32,000 bases of DNA from Cereibacter sphaeroides 2.4.1 (lineage in GTDB: Bacteria > Pseudomonadota > Alphaproteobacteria > Rhodobacterales > Rhodobacteraceae). Where the stretch lies: NCBI RefSeq assembly GCF_000012905.2, contig NC_007494.2, forward strand, positions 270,001-302,000, written 5' to 3'. Both the position numbers and the translations under genes were made by a program. Below are positions 1 to 9,298 of this stretch, piece by piece (position 1 is the stretch's first letter; every line of letters starts with the position of its first letter). The notes beneath the pieces were generated by a model. That model was not told the DNA's origin. It worked only from the letters and a program-made list of their open reading frames with translations, and did not search any database.

Positions 1-2897
1 GCGCGGTCGCGCAGTTCCACCAGCAGGGTCTCGCGGTCCGAGGCGATCCGGGCCAGCGCATCGTCGCCGCCGACCGCCTCGAGCCTGCGCCCGGCGTCCA
101 GATGGGCGGTGAGGCAGCTCTCGGCCTCGCTCCGCAGGAGCTGGAGGTCGGTGCGCAGTTTCTCGATCCGGGAAGTGAGCGTCGCGGGATCGTCGGTCTC
201 CTGCGGTTCGGGCCGCCCTGAGAGGTCCGACAGAAGGGCTGCCACCTGACGGCGCAGCTCGGCCGCCTCGAGGCAGCAGGCGAGGTGGGCCGCGAGCGGC
301 CCGTCCGCCTCGGACCAGCCGAGCGCTTGGGCGAGCGCGGCCCGGTCTTCTTCCAGCGCGGCGAGGGTGCGGCGGTCCTCGGCCTCCTGACGCTCCTCGG
401 TGGTGCGCTGCTGGGCGAGCCGTTCCGCGTCCCGCGCCGCATCCTGCGCGCGGCGCAGCCGGGACCGTAGCGCCTCCCAGCCCGTGTCGGGATCGAGGTC
501 GAGCCGCGCGAGGAGCGCCGTCCGGGCGGCCTCGAACCTTGCGCGGTTCGCCTCCATCTTGGCGATCCGGTCCTCGAGCGCGGCGAGGCTGCGGGCCGCC
601 GCGCCGAGCGCATCGAGGAGATCGAGCACCGGACCCTCGGAAGGGCCGTCGGCGAGGATCGTGTCCCGGCTCGCCTCGTGCCAGCTTTCGCGCCAGCGCG
701 CGAGCGCCTGCTGTGCCTGCGCCTCGGCGGCCTCGCGGGCCTTGAGATCGGCGGCCAGCCCGGCCAGCTGCCGCCGCGCCTCGCGCCGACGTTCGGCGGC
801 TTCGGTGCGGGCGATGGCGGTCGCGAGGAGGGCCTCGAAGGGCGTGCCCTCCGGCGCGCCGAGGGCCGCGGCGAGGGCAAGGGTGGCCGCGTCCAGCGCC
901 TCCGACTGGCGGGTGCAATGGGCTTCGGCCTCGCGGAGCGCCGCCTGCCGGGCCAGCGCCTCGTCGCGGAGGCCGAGCCAGTGTCGCAGGGCGGAGATGT
1001 CGGCATCGCAGAGGCCGAAGGCCCCTCCCGCCTCGGCAAGGGCGGTGCGGATCCGGGCCTGCCCGGCGCGCGCCGCCTCACGGGCCGCGTCCGCCTCGGC
1101 CAGCGTGCGGAGAAGCCGCGCCTCCTCGGCTTCGGCTCCGGCCGCGCGGCGGGCCTCGGCCAGCGCCTCGGCGAGGAGGGCGGAGATGCGGTCGTCCTCG
1201 CGGAGCGCCTGTTCGAACTCGGTGGCACTGGCCGCATCGAGGGCGCGGCGATGGCTGGCCCAGGCGGCTTCACGTCGGCTGCGGGCGGCGGCGGCCTCGG
1301 CGAGGGTGAGGCCGGTGGCCGAGGCGGCGCCTCGCTCTGCCGCCGCATCGTGGCGCAGCCGGTCGAGATCGGCGCGGATCGCCTCTGCCGTCCTCTGGGC
1401 GTCGGCCACGCGCTGACGGGCCTCTTCGAGGCCGCGCTCCCACCCGTCGAGCAGGGCGGCGGAGGGCACGGGCAGGGCCGCGAGCGCCGGGGCATCGCCC
1501 CGCCAGGGGGCAAGCGCCTCGAGCGCGGCGGTGAGGCGCGCCTGATGCAGATCGCGGTCGAGCCGCGCCCGGGCATGGGCCTCGGCCGGATCCTGCGCCC
1601 GCAGCCGCGCGAGCAGCGCGACCAGCGTGTCGTCCTCGCCCTCGGGGCCCGGATCGCCCAGACGGTCGCGCTCGCGCGTGAGGCGCTCGGCCGCCGCGCG
1701 TCGCTCCGCCTCCGAGGCGGCCGCGGTCGCTTCGAGGCCAGAGCGCTCTGCGGCAAGGGCGCGGAGCCGTGCGAGCGTGGTTGCCGGAAGCACCAGCCCC
1801 TCCGGCTTTGCCCCCGGATGGCCGAGTTCGGCCAGAAGCGCCGTCACCTCGGCGCGGGCCTCGAACGCCTCGGCTTCGCGGCGGGGCAGGTCCTTCTGCG
1901 CCGTCTCGTGCTCGGGGCGCAGCGCCTCGGCCGCCTCGATGTCGCCGGCGGCAGCCAGCACCGCCGGATCGAGCGGCAAGGCATCGGCCTCTGCCGCGAG
2001 ATCCGCAAGGCGGCGGGCCCGGTCGGCGCGACGCGCGCGCAGCGCTTCGGTCTCGCGGTCGAGTTGGTCGAGCCGGTCGCGCTCGGCCACCCCGGCTTCG
2101 GGCAGATGGGCCAGCGGCGCGAGCCGCGCCCGCAGCCCTTCGAGCCGCGCCCGGATCGGAAGGGTCGCCGCCAGATCCTGCAGCCGCCCCAGATCCGCCT
2201 GCGCCGCATCCTCTGCACCGCGCGCCGCCCGCCAGGCGGCCTCGGCCGCCTCCGCCTCGCGTGCGAGCTTCTGGATCGTTCCGGCCGACACGTCCAGCCG
2301 CCGCCGCTCCGCATCGAGTTCGGTCAGCCGCTTCTTCGTGTCCCAAAGCCAGCCGCTGCGCTTGCCGCTGCGGTGAAAGCCGTCGAGGTTCACGCGGATC
2401 GCCTCGAGCCGGGGGCTCAGCTGGGCCAGCCCCGCGCTCGCCGAGAAGAGCATCTCGCCCAGATCGCCGCGGCTCGCAAGGATGCTGTCGCCGCCCTTTT
2501 CCAGCGTGTCGTCGTCGAGCGAGAACATGGCCGAATAGCCCTCGCGCGTGAGGCCGCCCAGCGCCGATTGCAGCAGCGCCTCGGGCACCGGCTGGTCGTG
2601 CGCGTCGAGGAGGCTGCCGGTGTTCCGCTTCACCCGGGCCAGATCGAGCGCGCCGCCCGCATGGCTGAGCCGCGCGCCCACGCGCATCGTGGGGCCGGGG
2701 TGGCGGAAGTCGTAGCGGGTGCGGAGCGGGATGCCGAAGAGGAGGTCGAGCCAGGCCGAGAAGAGCGTGGACTTGCCTGCCTCGTTCGGCCCGTAGACCA
2801 CATGCAGGTCCGCCTCTCCCGGCGCAGGCGCGGGAAATGCGAGCCGCCGGTCCGTGAAATGGCCGTAGCGCGTGAGGTCGAGCCGGTCGAGGCGCAT
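1..2897 (-). CDS. SbcC/Rad50-like AAA ATPase of the YhaN type. About 965 N-terminal codons are present; the C-terminus lies beyond the left edge of the window.
   Basis: The supplied ORF track omits it because the frame never closes inside the window. The reverse-strand ATG at 2897-2895 gives MRLDRLDLTRYGHFTDRRLAFPAP...VVYGPNEAGKSTLFSAWLDLLFG (Walker A GPNEAGKST). The same frame (mod 3) still reads sensibly at positions 3-68 (..GDDALARIASDRETLLVELRDR). No shorter minus-strand ORF in this frame is listed, which is consistent with an unbroken frame. The ATG shares one base with the upstream gene's TGA (TGATG). The Ala/Arg-rich plus-strand ORFs here are its shadows. Confidence 0.8.
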   Translation of the reverse strand, partial: MRLDRLDLTRYGHFTDRRLAFPAPAPGEADLHVVYGPNEAGKSTLFSAWLDLLFGIPLRTRYDFRHPGPTMRVGARLSHAGGALDLARVKRNTGSLLDAHDQPVPEALLQSALGGLTREGYSAMFSLDDDTLEKGGDSILASRGDLGEMLFSASAGLAQLSPRLEAIRVNLDGFHRSGKRSGWLWDTKKRLTELDAERRRLDVSAGTIQKLAREAEAAEAAWRAARGAEDAAQADLGRLQDLAATLPIRARLEGLRARLAPLAHLPEAGVAERDRLDQLDRETEALRARRADRARRLADLAAEADALPLDPAVLAAAGDIEAAEALRPEHETAQKDLPRREAEAFEARAEVTALLAELGHPGAKPEGLVLPATTLARLRALAAERSGLEATAAASEAERRAAAERLTRERDRLGDPGPEGEDDTLVALLARLRAQDPAEAHARARLDRDLHQARLTAALEALAPWRGDAPALAALPVPSAALLDGWERGLEEARQRVADAQRTAEAIRADLDRLRHDAAAERGAASATGLTLAEAAAARSRREAAWASHRRALDAASATEFEQALREDDRISALLAEALAEARRAAGAEAEEARLLRTLAEADAAREAARAGQARIRTALAEAGGAFGLCDADISALRHWLGLRDEALARQAALREAEAHCTRQSEALDAATLALAAALGAPEGTPFEALLATAIARTEAAERRREARRQLAGLAADLKAREAAEAQAQQALARWRESWHEASRDTILADGPSEGPVLDLLDALGAAARSLAALEDRIAKMEANRARFEAARTALLARLDLDPDTGWEALRSRLRRAQDAARDAERLAQQRTTEERQEAEDRRTLAALEEDRAALAQALGWSEADGPLAAHLACCLEAAELRRQVAALLSDLSGRPEPQETDDPATLTSRIEKLRTDLQLLRSEAESCLTAHLDAGRRLEAVGGDDALARIASDRETLLVELRDR

Positions 2898-4153
2898 CAG
2901 TCCGACGCCTCCGCCGCAAGCTCGGCGAGGATCAGGGGCGTTCCCTCGGCCAGAAGGCTGCGGCAGAGCGCGGCCATCGCCGCCTCATCCTGCCCCAGCA
3001 GATCGCGCGCCTCGGGCGGCAGGTCGCGCGCGAGCTCCTGTGTGGCCGCAAGAAGCGCGGCGTTCAGGGCCGGATCCTCGGGCAGATCCTCCTGAACGAG
3101 GCGGACGAGATCCTCGGGCAGGGCCGCGCCGGGCAGCTCTGCGCCTTCCTCCGATAGCCGCAGTTCGAGCTTGTCGATCCAGAGCCTGCGTCCCGCAGAG
3201 AGGGCGCGCGCCTCTTCGGTCAGCCGGTCGCGATCGCGCGCGATGCGCCAGGCGAGCGGCGTGGCCCCGGTCAGCACCGGACGCAGCACCAGATGGTCTT
3301 CCGCGCGCGGCGCCTCGGCCGCGGCACGGAGCGCCCGGTCGAGATGGGCGAGCAGGTCGGACCAGTCCGCAATCCCCGTGCAGTCGAGCGCCAGCCGGTC
3401 GAAGCGCAGCGGCGCCACGCTGCGCTCTTCGAGCGTGACCGCCCCGTCGTCGCCCACCTGCACCAGCGTGACCGAGGCCGCGCCCGCCTCGCCGATGTCG
3501 CGCCCCTGCGGCGTGCCCGGCATCACCACCGTCGCGCGCCCCCGATGCACGAAGCGGCGGTGGATATGGCCGAGCGCCCAGTAATCGTAGCCGTGGGCCT
3601 CGAGCTCGGCGAGGCTGCAGGGCGCGTAGGGATCGTGCCCCGGGCTGCCGTTCAGGCTCGTATGCATGAGGCCTAGGTTGAACGCCCCCGGCTTCGGCGC
3701 CGGATAGCGCGGCAGCAGGCTCTCGGGCGCGTGCGGCTCGCGGAAGCTCAGCCCGTGGAGGGCCACCGGCTGGCCGTCGATCGAGAGCTCGACCGTCGAG
3801 GGGCGGGCGCCGAAGACGGTGGTGTTGGCCGGCGCCTCGAGCTCGCCCGTCTGCCGCGCCAGCGCATCGTGATTGCCGCGCAGGATATAGCAGCCGATCC
3901 CCGCGGCCTCGAGCCGCAAAAGCTCCTGCTTGAGAAAGCGGGGGGTCTTGGTCGAGCTGTAGGTTCCGTCCCAGAGGTCGCCCGCGATCACGAGGAAGGC
4001 CACCGCCTCGGCAAGGCAGAGATCCACGATGCGCGAAAAGGCGGTGCGCGAGGCCACGCCGATCTCGGCTGCAAGCTCGGGATCGCGCAGCGCCACAGCC
4101 CGCAGCGGCGCGTCGAGATGGAGATCGGCCGTATGAAGGAACGTGAACGCCAA
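2897..4153 (-). CDS. Calcineurin-like metallophosphoesterase, an SbcD/Mre11-like DNA repair exonuclease (YhaO type)
   Basis: This is the listed ORF 2897-4375 (minus). It carries the phosphoesterase motifs LHTADLHLD, AGDLWDG, LRGNHDA and LGHIHRR. The first ~74 residues of the listed ORF are Arg/Pro-rich junk. I place the start at TTG 4153-4151 (M-AFTFLHTADLHLD), just before motif I. The exact start is uncertain. Confidence 0.85.
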   Translation of the reverse strand: MAFTFLHTADLHLDAPLRAVALRDPELAAEIGVASRTAFSRIVDLCLAEAVAFLVIAGDLWDGTYSSTKTPRFLKQELLRLEAAGIGCYILRGNHDALARQTGELEAPANTTVFGARPSTVELSIDGQPVALHGLSFREPHAPESLLPRYPAPKPGAFNLGLMHTSLNGSPGHDPYAPCSLAELEAHGYDYWALGHIHRRFVHRGRATVVMPGTPQGRDIGEAGAASVTLVQVGDDGAVTLEERSVAPLRFDRLALDCTGIADWSDLLAHLDRALRAAAEAPRAEDHLVLRPVLTGATPLAWRIARDRDRLTEEARALSAGRRLWIDKLELRLSEEGAELPGAALPEDLVRLVQEDLPEDPALNAALLAATQELARDLPPEARDLLGQDEAAMAALCRSLLAEGTPLILAELAAEASD

Positions 4154-4232
4154 GAGACCTGCCTGCGGAACGCGCCCCTCCGGACGCCTCGGGCGACTAT
4201 GGGGCGCGCCGCCGCGGCCTTCAAGGCTCTGA

Positions 4233-5192
<960 letters not shown>

Positions 5193-5214
5193 GGGCGCAG
5201 GCGGGCGCGGCCTC

Positions 5215-5246
5215 GGCGCTCGACGGCCGTTCGGGCGTCGAGCGCC
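5215..5246. terminator. GC hairpin between convergent genes (bluB and the small membrane protein gene); a possible terminator
   Basis: Perfect 10-bp stem GGCGCTCGAC/GTCGAGCGCC with a 12-nt loop. There is no T tract on either side. Confidence 0.3.
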
Positions 5247-5346
5247 TGTCGAGGGCGCTCGGGGCGGGCGTCTGCCTCGGTCTGACGGGTCTTTCCGAGG
5301 GGGCCTCCTGCCGGGCCGGCAGGGTCCGCAACCGCCGCCCGCGGCT

Positions 5347-5538
5347 TCAATGACCGGACGTGCGGAGCGCGCGCAGCATCAGCGAGAGGAGGACGAGCGC
5401 GAAGCCCGCCGCAAGCAGGGCAAGCCCGAGGCCCGCGTGACCGCCCGCTTCGGTCAGGCCGAGCTGCCACATCAGGACGATCGCGGGCAGGCCGGTCAGG
5501 AGCCCGCGACGGGCGAGGCGACAGGGGGTGCAGGACAT
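5347..5538 (-). CDS. Small (63 aa) predicted two-helix membrane protein with an N-terminal CxxC
   Basis: Listed ORF, MSCTPCRLARRGLLTGLPAIVLMWQLGL...LGLALLAAGFALVLLSLMLRAL. GC3 is about 87% by hand count (55/63 codons). The SD GGGAGA sits 5 nt before the ATG. It lies 84 nt downstream of the sensor kinase on the same strand. Confidence 0.55.
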   Translation of the reverse strand: MSCTPCRLARRGLLTGLPAIVLMWQLGLTEAGGHAGLGLALLAAGFALVLLSLMLRALRTSGH

Positions 5539-5622
5539 CCGGGTCTCCCTTTCGGTTCGGTCCGGGGGCCTCCTGCAGGAATCGTGCCGAAGCTGCGCAC
5601 CCGTCCGGGCGCTGCGGTGAGA

Positions 5623-7722
5623 TCAGGCGGTGCCTGGCGCGCCCTGACGGGTGCGCGGGATGCGGAGCAGGAAGACCGTGCCCTTGCCCGGGGTGCTCTC
5701 GAGGCTGAGACGGCAGCCGCTGACCTCGGCCAACCGCTGCGCGATGGTCATGCCGATGCCCGCGCCGCTGATGGCGCCGTTCTCGTGCCCGAGCCGCTGG
5801 AAGGCCTGAAACACCTCGGCCTGCCGGTCCGTCGGGATGCCGGGGCCGGTGTCGCGGATCGACAGATCCACCGTGTCGGGCGCCTCGAGGCCGAAGCTGA
5901 CCTCCACGAGGCCGCCGGGCAGGTTGTATTTGACCGCGTTCGACAGAAGCTGGTCGAGGATGCGCCGGAGGAGCGCCGGATCGCTCACCACCGACGGCAG
6001 CGGCGTCTCGGGCGCGATGAGGCGCAGCGTCACGCGCATGCGCTCCGCGTCGGGCCGCGCGCGGCCGAGCGCCTCCTCGATCAGCGGCATCAGATCCATC
6101 GAGCTGGTCGCGAGGCGCAGGTCGCGATGTTCGAGCCGGCTGAGTTCCAGCACCGCATCCACCAGCTTCACCAGCGTCCAGCCCGCCGTCGAGATCGCCT
6201 GCACCTGCTGCAGCCGCTCCCCGTCGAGCTTGCGGCCTTCCGAGGCTTCGAGCAGCTCGGCATAGCCGATGATCGCGGTCAGTGGCGTGCGCAGCTCGTG
6301 GCTCATGGAGGACAGGAAGCTGGACTTGGCGCGGTTCGCCGCGTCGAGCTTGTCGCCCATGGTGGCGAGATGCTCGCCCACGGTCTGCAGTTCCTGGATC
6401 TCGAACGGCGCCGAGGGGGGGACGGTGCCGCCCTCGCTGATGAGGACCATCCGCTGCTCGAGATCCCCGAGCGGCCGGGCCACGCGCGCGCTCATCGCGA
6501 CCGACCGGCGCCAGAGATAGGCGAAGAAGCCCGCGTAGAAGAGGACGAGGATCGCCACGATGCTCGTGCTGACGAATCCCAGCTGGTCGCGCAGGTTCGT
6601 GGCCTCGGTGAGCAGGCTCCGTTCGCTCGTGAGCAGAAGGAGGCGCCAGTTCGGCCCCGCGACGGTGGACCATGCGGCGATCATCGGCTCCTGCAGATCG
6701 ACCTTCGAGACGCCCGCCGGCTCGGCCTGCATCTGGAGCGCGATGGACGCCAGATCGGGCCTGCGGAAGATGTTGAACTCGGCGGGCTTGAACGTGTCCT
6801 GAAGGATCGCCTCGGCATAGGTGTGGCCGATGAGCTCGCTCATCCCCAGCCGATCCTCGCCCTTCGGCGGGAGGGCCAGGATCGTGCCGTCGCGCCCGAT
6901 GAGGACGGCAAAGCCGTCGCCCGGCATCTTGATGTCGAGCACCTGTTCGACAATCGTCTTGATGGTGACGTCGATGCCCACCACCGCTTCGAGCCGGTCC
7001 GGCCCGTAGACCGGCGCGATCGAGGAGACCATCCAGCCCTCTCCGGCCGGATCCACATAGGCATCGGTCCAGACCGCCCCGCCCGCCGGATTGTGCGCGC
7101 GATCGGCCTCGTAGTAGAAATTGTAACTCGGGATATCCATCTTCGGCGGGTAGATGTCGAGCACGTCGAAGTAGGGATAGATCCGGTTATAGGAATCCCA
7201 TGTATTCAGATAAAGCTGGGCAATCAGGGGATCGCTGTCCTTGATGGATTTCATCAAGGGATCGAGCCGCGCCGTGCGCCAGACCTTTTCGCGCTCGGCC
7301 TCGCCTATCGGGACAATTCCGGAATAGAAGACGGCCGCTCCGCCCGTGTCCTTCGTCGTGTAGAAGACCCCCTCGGGCGAGAGGCGGTGGCGCGCCTTTT
7401 CCTCCTCCGACACCGTAGCAGGCGCGGCGAGCGCACGGGCGGTTTCTTCGGAGAAGATCCGGGTGGTGGCGCTGATGCTCTGCAACCTGTGGGCGATGAT
7501 ATCCGCCTCGCGGGTTGAATCGTCGCGCAAAGTCGTTTCGGAAATGCGGGTGATTGCCGAGGCGCTCCGGTCGTAGACCACCTGGCTCGTGATGAGATAG
7601 ACGCCGACGAAGCCGAATTCGATCAGCAGCAGCGGAACGAGGGCGGCCTTGATATAGGAGCGCCAGAGCCACTTGTTCAGCGGAATCGGCCCATGCCCTC
7701 TGGCATCGATTGTCCATGACAT
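5623..7722 (-). CDS. Membrane sensor histidine kinase with a Cache-like periplasmic domain, HAMP, HisKA and HATPase; no receiver domain
   Basis: Listed 699-aa ORF. It has an N-terminal TM helix, a periplasmic region of ~300 aa and a second TM helix (IVAILVLFYAGFFAYLW). The H-box is SSMSHELRTPLTAIIGYAELL, the N-box is LLSNAVKYN and the G-boxes are IRDTGPGI and GAGIGMTIA. Confidence 0.9.
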   Translation of the reverse strand: MSWTIDARGHGPIPLNKWLWRSYIKAALVPLLLIEFGFVGVYLITSQVVYDRSASAITRISETTLRDDSTREADIIAHRLQSISATTRIFSEETARALAAPATVSEEEKARHRLSPEGVFYTTKDTGGAAVFYSGIVPIGEAEREKVWRTARLDPLMKSIKDSDPLIAQLYLNTWDSYNRIYPYFDVLDIYPPKMDIPSYNFYYEADRAHNPAGGAVWTDAYVDPAGEGWMVSSIAPVYGPDRLEAVVGIDVTIKTIVEQVLDIKMPGDGFAVLIGRDGTILALPPKGEDRLGMSELIGHTYAEAILQDTFKPAEFNIFRRPDLASIALQMQAEPAGVSKVDLQEPMIAAWSTVAGPNWRLLLLTSERSLLTEATNLRDQLGFVSTSIVAILVLFYAGFFAYLWRRSVAMSARVARPLGDLEQRMVLISEGGTVPPSAPFEIQELQTVGEHLATMGDKLDAANRAKSSFLSSMSHELRTPLTAIIGYAELLEASEGRKLDGERLQQVQAISTAGWTLVKLVDAVLELSRLEHRDLRLATSSMDLMPLIEEALGRARPDAERMRVTLRLIAPETPLPSVVSDPALLRRILDQLLSNAVKYNLPGGLVEVSFGLEAPDTVDLSIRDTGPGIPTDRQAEVFQAFQRLGHENGAISGAGIGMTIAQRLAEVSGCRLSLESTPGKGTVFLLRIPRTRQGAPGTA

Positions 7723-7824
7723 GAGCGGTGATTCCCGGGAACCTGAGACGCGACGCGACGATTTTAGCTAGCTGTGTGCCCCCAACCTGTAAAGATTTCG
7801 CACCAAGAGAGAGGAGCTGTGGCT

Positions 7825-8016
7825 CTTTGGAAGGGGGTTGCTCTCCAAAGGATCGGGCCGCGGGCCGTGGGTGCCGGACCGGTCGCACTTATTCGTGCGA
7901 CATGAGGAATACCCGAGAGGCGCGCCTTTTCAAGCGTCTTGCGTGTCCTGTCGGATCGTCGTGAAAAAGTCCGGGACGCAGGGGTGCCGGGCCGGATCGC
8001 TTCGGCGCCCCTTTTT
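7825..8016 (+). ncRNA. Candidate small RNA or structured leader; the 5' end is unknown and the 3' end is at an intrinsic terminator
   Basis: Perfect hairpins CTTTGGA/TCCAAAG (7825-7850) and GTCGCAC/GTGCGAC (7882-7901) are followed by the terminator at 7981-8016. There is no credible plus-strand CDS upstream, and local G+C is visibly lower than in the flanking genes. Confidence 0.3.
7981..8016 (+). terminator. Rho-independent terminator-like hairpin with no plus-strand gene upstream of it
   Basis: A 9-bp stem GGGGTGCCG/CGGCGCCCC (one G-T wobble) with a 13-nt loop is followed directly by TTTTT. On the minus strand the stem is followed by TGCGTCCC, with no T run. Confidence 0.5.
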
Positions 8017-8350
8017 CGTGGACTTTATCGTTGCTGACTGCGGCGCGTTCCTGCCCCGGATGTCTGGCTGATCGAGCGTCATTTCCCTCCCGCTTCGCGA
8101 CTTCGGCCCGACTCTCCCTCTCGACCGGCGAGTGGTCATGGGACGGGCGGGCCTCGGGCCCGACGTCTTCTCCGCCCCCGGAAAGGTGATCGCCCGCACT
8201 GGACCCCGGCTGCGGGGGCGGTTATCCGTCGGCGCGTCGCGTGGAGCCAGTTCCAGCCACACGCCGGAACCCTTCGGGAGATCTGCGCGATGATCCGACC
8301 CTTCTCGGCCGGCCTCGGCCCGGGCCTTCCCGGGCGGGAGCGGGGCTGAC

Positions 8351-9298
8351 ATGGCCTTCCGCCTGGCCCTCGTGGCTCTTTTGCCGCTGGCGGTGCTGAG
8401 CCTCTTCGTCGGGGCCGCGGGGCTCGGCCCGGCGGCCCTCTGGTCCGATCCGCAGGGGCACCTCCTTCTGATCGTCTCGCGCCTGCCGCGCACGCTGGCG
8501 GTGATCCTCACCGGCTCGGCGCTTGCGGTGGCGGGCGTCGTCATGCAGCAGCTCGTGCGCAACCGCTTCGTCGAGCCCGGCACAACGGGCACCGCCGAGG
8601 GCGCGGCCATCGGGCTGCTTGTCGTCACGCTGGCGGCGCCCGGCGCGGCGCTCTGGGTGAAGATGATCGTGGCGAGCCTCGCCGCGATGGCAAGCACCGG
8701 CCTCTTCCTCGCGCTGATCCGCCGCCTGCCGCCGCGCGAGGTGCTGCTCGTGCCGCTGGTGGGCCTCATCCTCTCGGGCGTGCTGCAGTCGGCCGCGACC
8801 TTCGTCGCCTGGCAGGCGGACATGATGCAGCTCGTGGGGATCTGGCTCATGACGGGCGAATTCTCGGGCGTGCTTGCGGGGCGCTACGAGCTTCTGTGGG
8901 TGGCGGCCGCGGCCGCCGCGCTCGCCTTTCTGGCTGCCGACCGGTTCGCGATCCTGGGCCTCGGCGAGCGGACGGCGGTGGGGCTCGGGCTCGATGCGAG
9001 AGGCGTGATGCGGCTGGGACTCCTTGTGGTGGCGGTGGTGACGGCGATGGTGGTGGTGACGGTCGGCATGGTGCCCTTCGTGGGCCTCGTGGTGCCGAAC
9101 CTCGTCAACCGGATCATGGGCGACAACCTGCGCGCCACCCTGCCCGTGGTGGCGGCGGGGGGCGGGGCGCTGGTGCTGGCCTGCGATCTGATCGGCCGCC
9201 TCGTGCGCTATCCCTACGAGCTGCCGGTGGGCACGGTGCTGGGCGTGCTGGGCTCGCTCCTCTTCCTCTGGCTCCTCTGGAGGCCCGCGCGTGGATAG
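8351..9298 (+). CDS. Iron-siderophore ABC transporter permease (FecCD family)
   Basis: Listed 315-aa ORF, polytopic and hydrophobic, with typical FecCD sequence (IVSRLPRTLAVILTGSALAVAGVVMQQLVRNRFVEPGTTG..., C-terminal GTVLGVLGSLLFLWLL). Confidence 0.9.
   Translation: MAFRLALVALLPLAVLSLFVGAAGLGPAALWSDPQGHLLLIVSRLPRTLAVILTGSALAVAGVVMQQLVRNRFVEPGTTGTAEGAAIGLLVVTLAAPGAALWVKMIVASLAAMASTGLFLALIRRLPPREVLLVPLVGLILSGVLQSAATFVAWQADMMQLVGIWLMTGEFSGVLAGRYELLWVAAAAAALAFLAADRFAILGLGERTAVGLGLDARGVMRLGLLVVAVVTAMVVVTVGMVPFVGLVVPNLVNRIMGDNLRATLPVVAAGGGALVLACDLIGRLVRYPYELPVGTVLGVLGSLLFLWLLWRPARG

Noticed and set aside
678-3095. Very long plus-strand ORF (805 aa), plus the ORFs at 400-1416, 1627-2376 and 1769-2551 (plus) and 1270-2919 (minus)
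   Set aside because: Their translations are monotonous Arg/Ala/Gly/Pro/Ser strings with no motifs. They lie antisense or out of frame to the well-supported Walker-A-containing ATPase gene (1-2897, minus). They are typical shadow ORFs of GC-rich DNA.
7728-7964. 78-aa Cys-rich ORF ending 17 nt before the orphan terminator, considered as a protein gene
   Set aside because: GC3 is only about 59% by hand count, against about 87% for a neighbouring real gene. It has no SD, and its start is 5 nt from the divergent kinase ATG. The perfect hairpins fall inside it. I kept it only as an alternative explanation under the sRNA finding.
8138-8293. 51-aa ORF (MGRAGLGPDVFSAPGKVIARTG...) in the permease leader
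   Set aside because: Its Arg/Gly/Ser/Pro-rich composition is typical of non-coding GC-rich sequence. It has no SD and lies across the 9-bp leader stem.
8160-8300. Possible second cobalamin riboswitch upstream of the transporter genes (fragments GGAAAGGTGA, GCCCGCACTGG, GAGCCAGTTCCAGCCAC)
   Set aside because: Only scattered resemblance is present. The GGGAA..GGTG..AATCC..GC.G.CCCGC core and a proper B12 box (AGCCnGnAGACCnGCC) are missing. The transporter also has two FecCD permeases, which is siderophore-type and not BtuCD.
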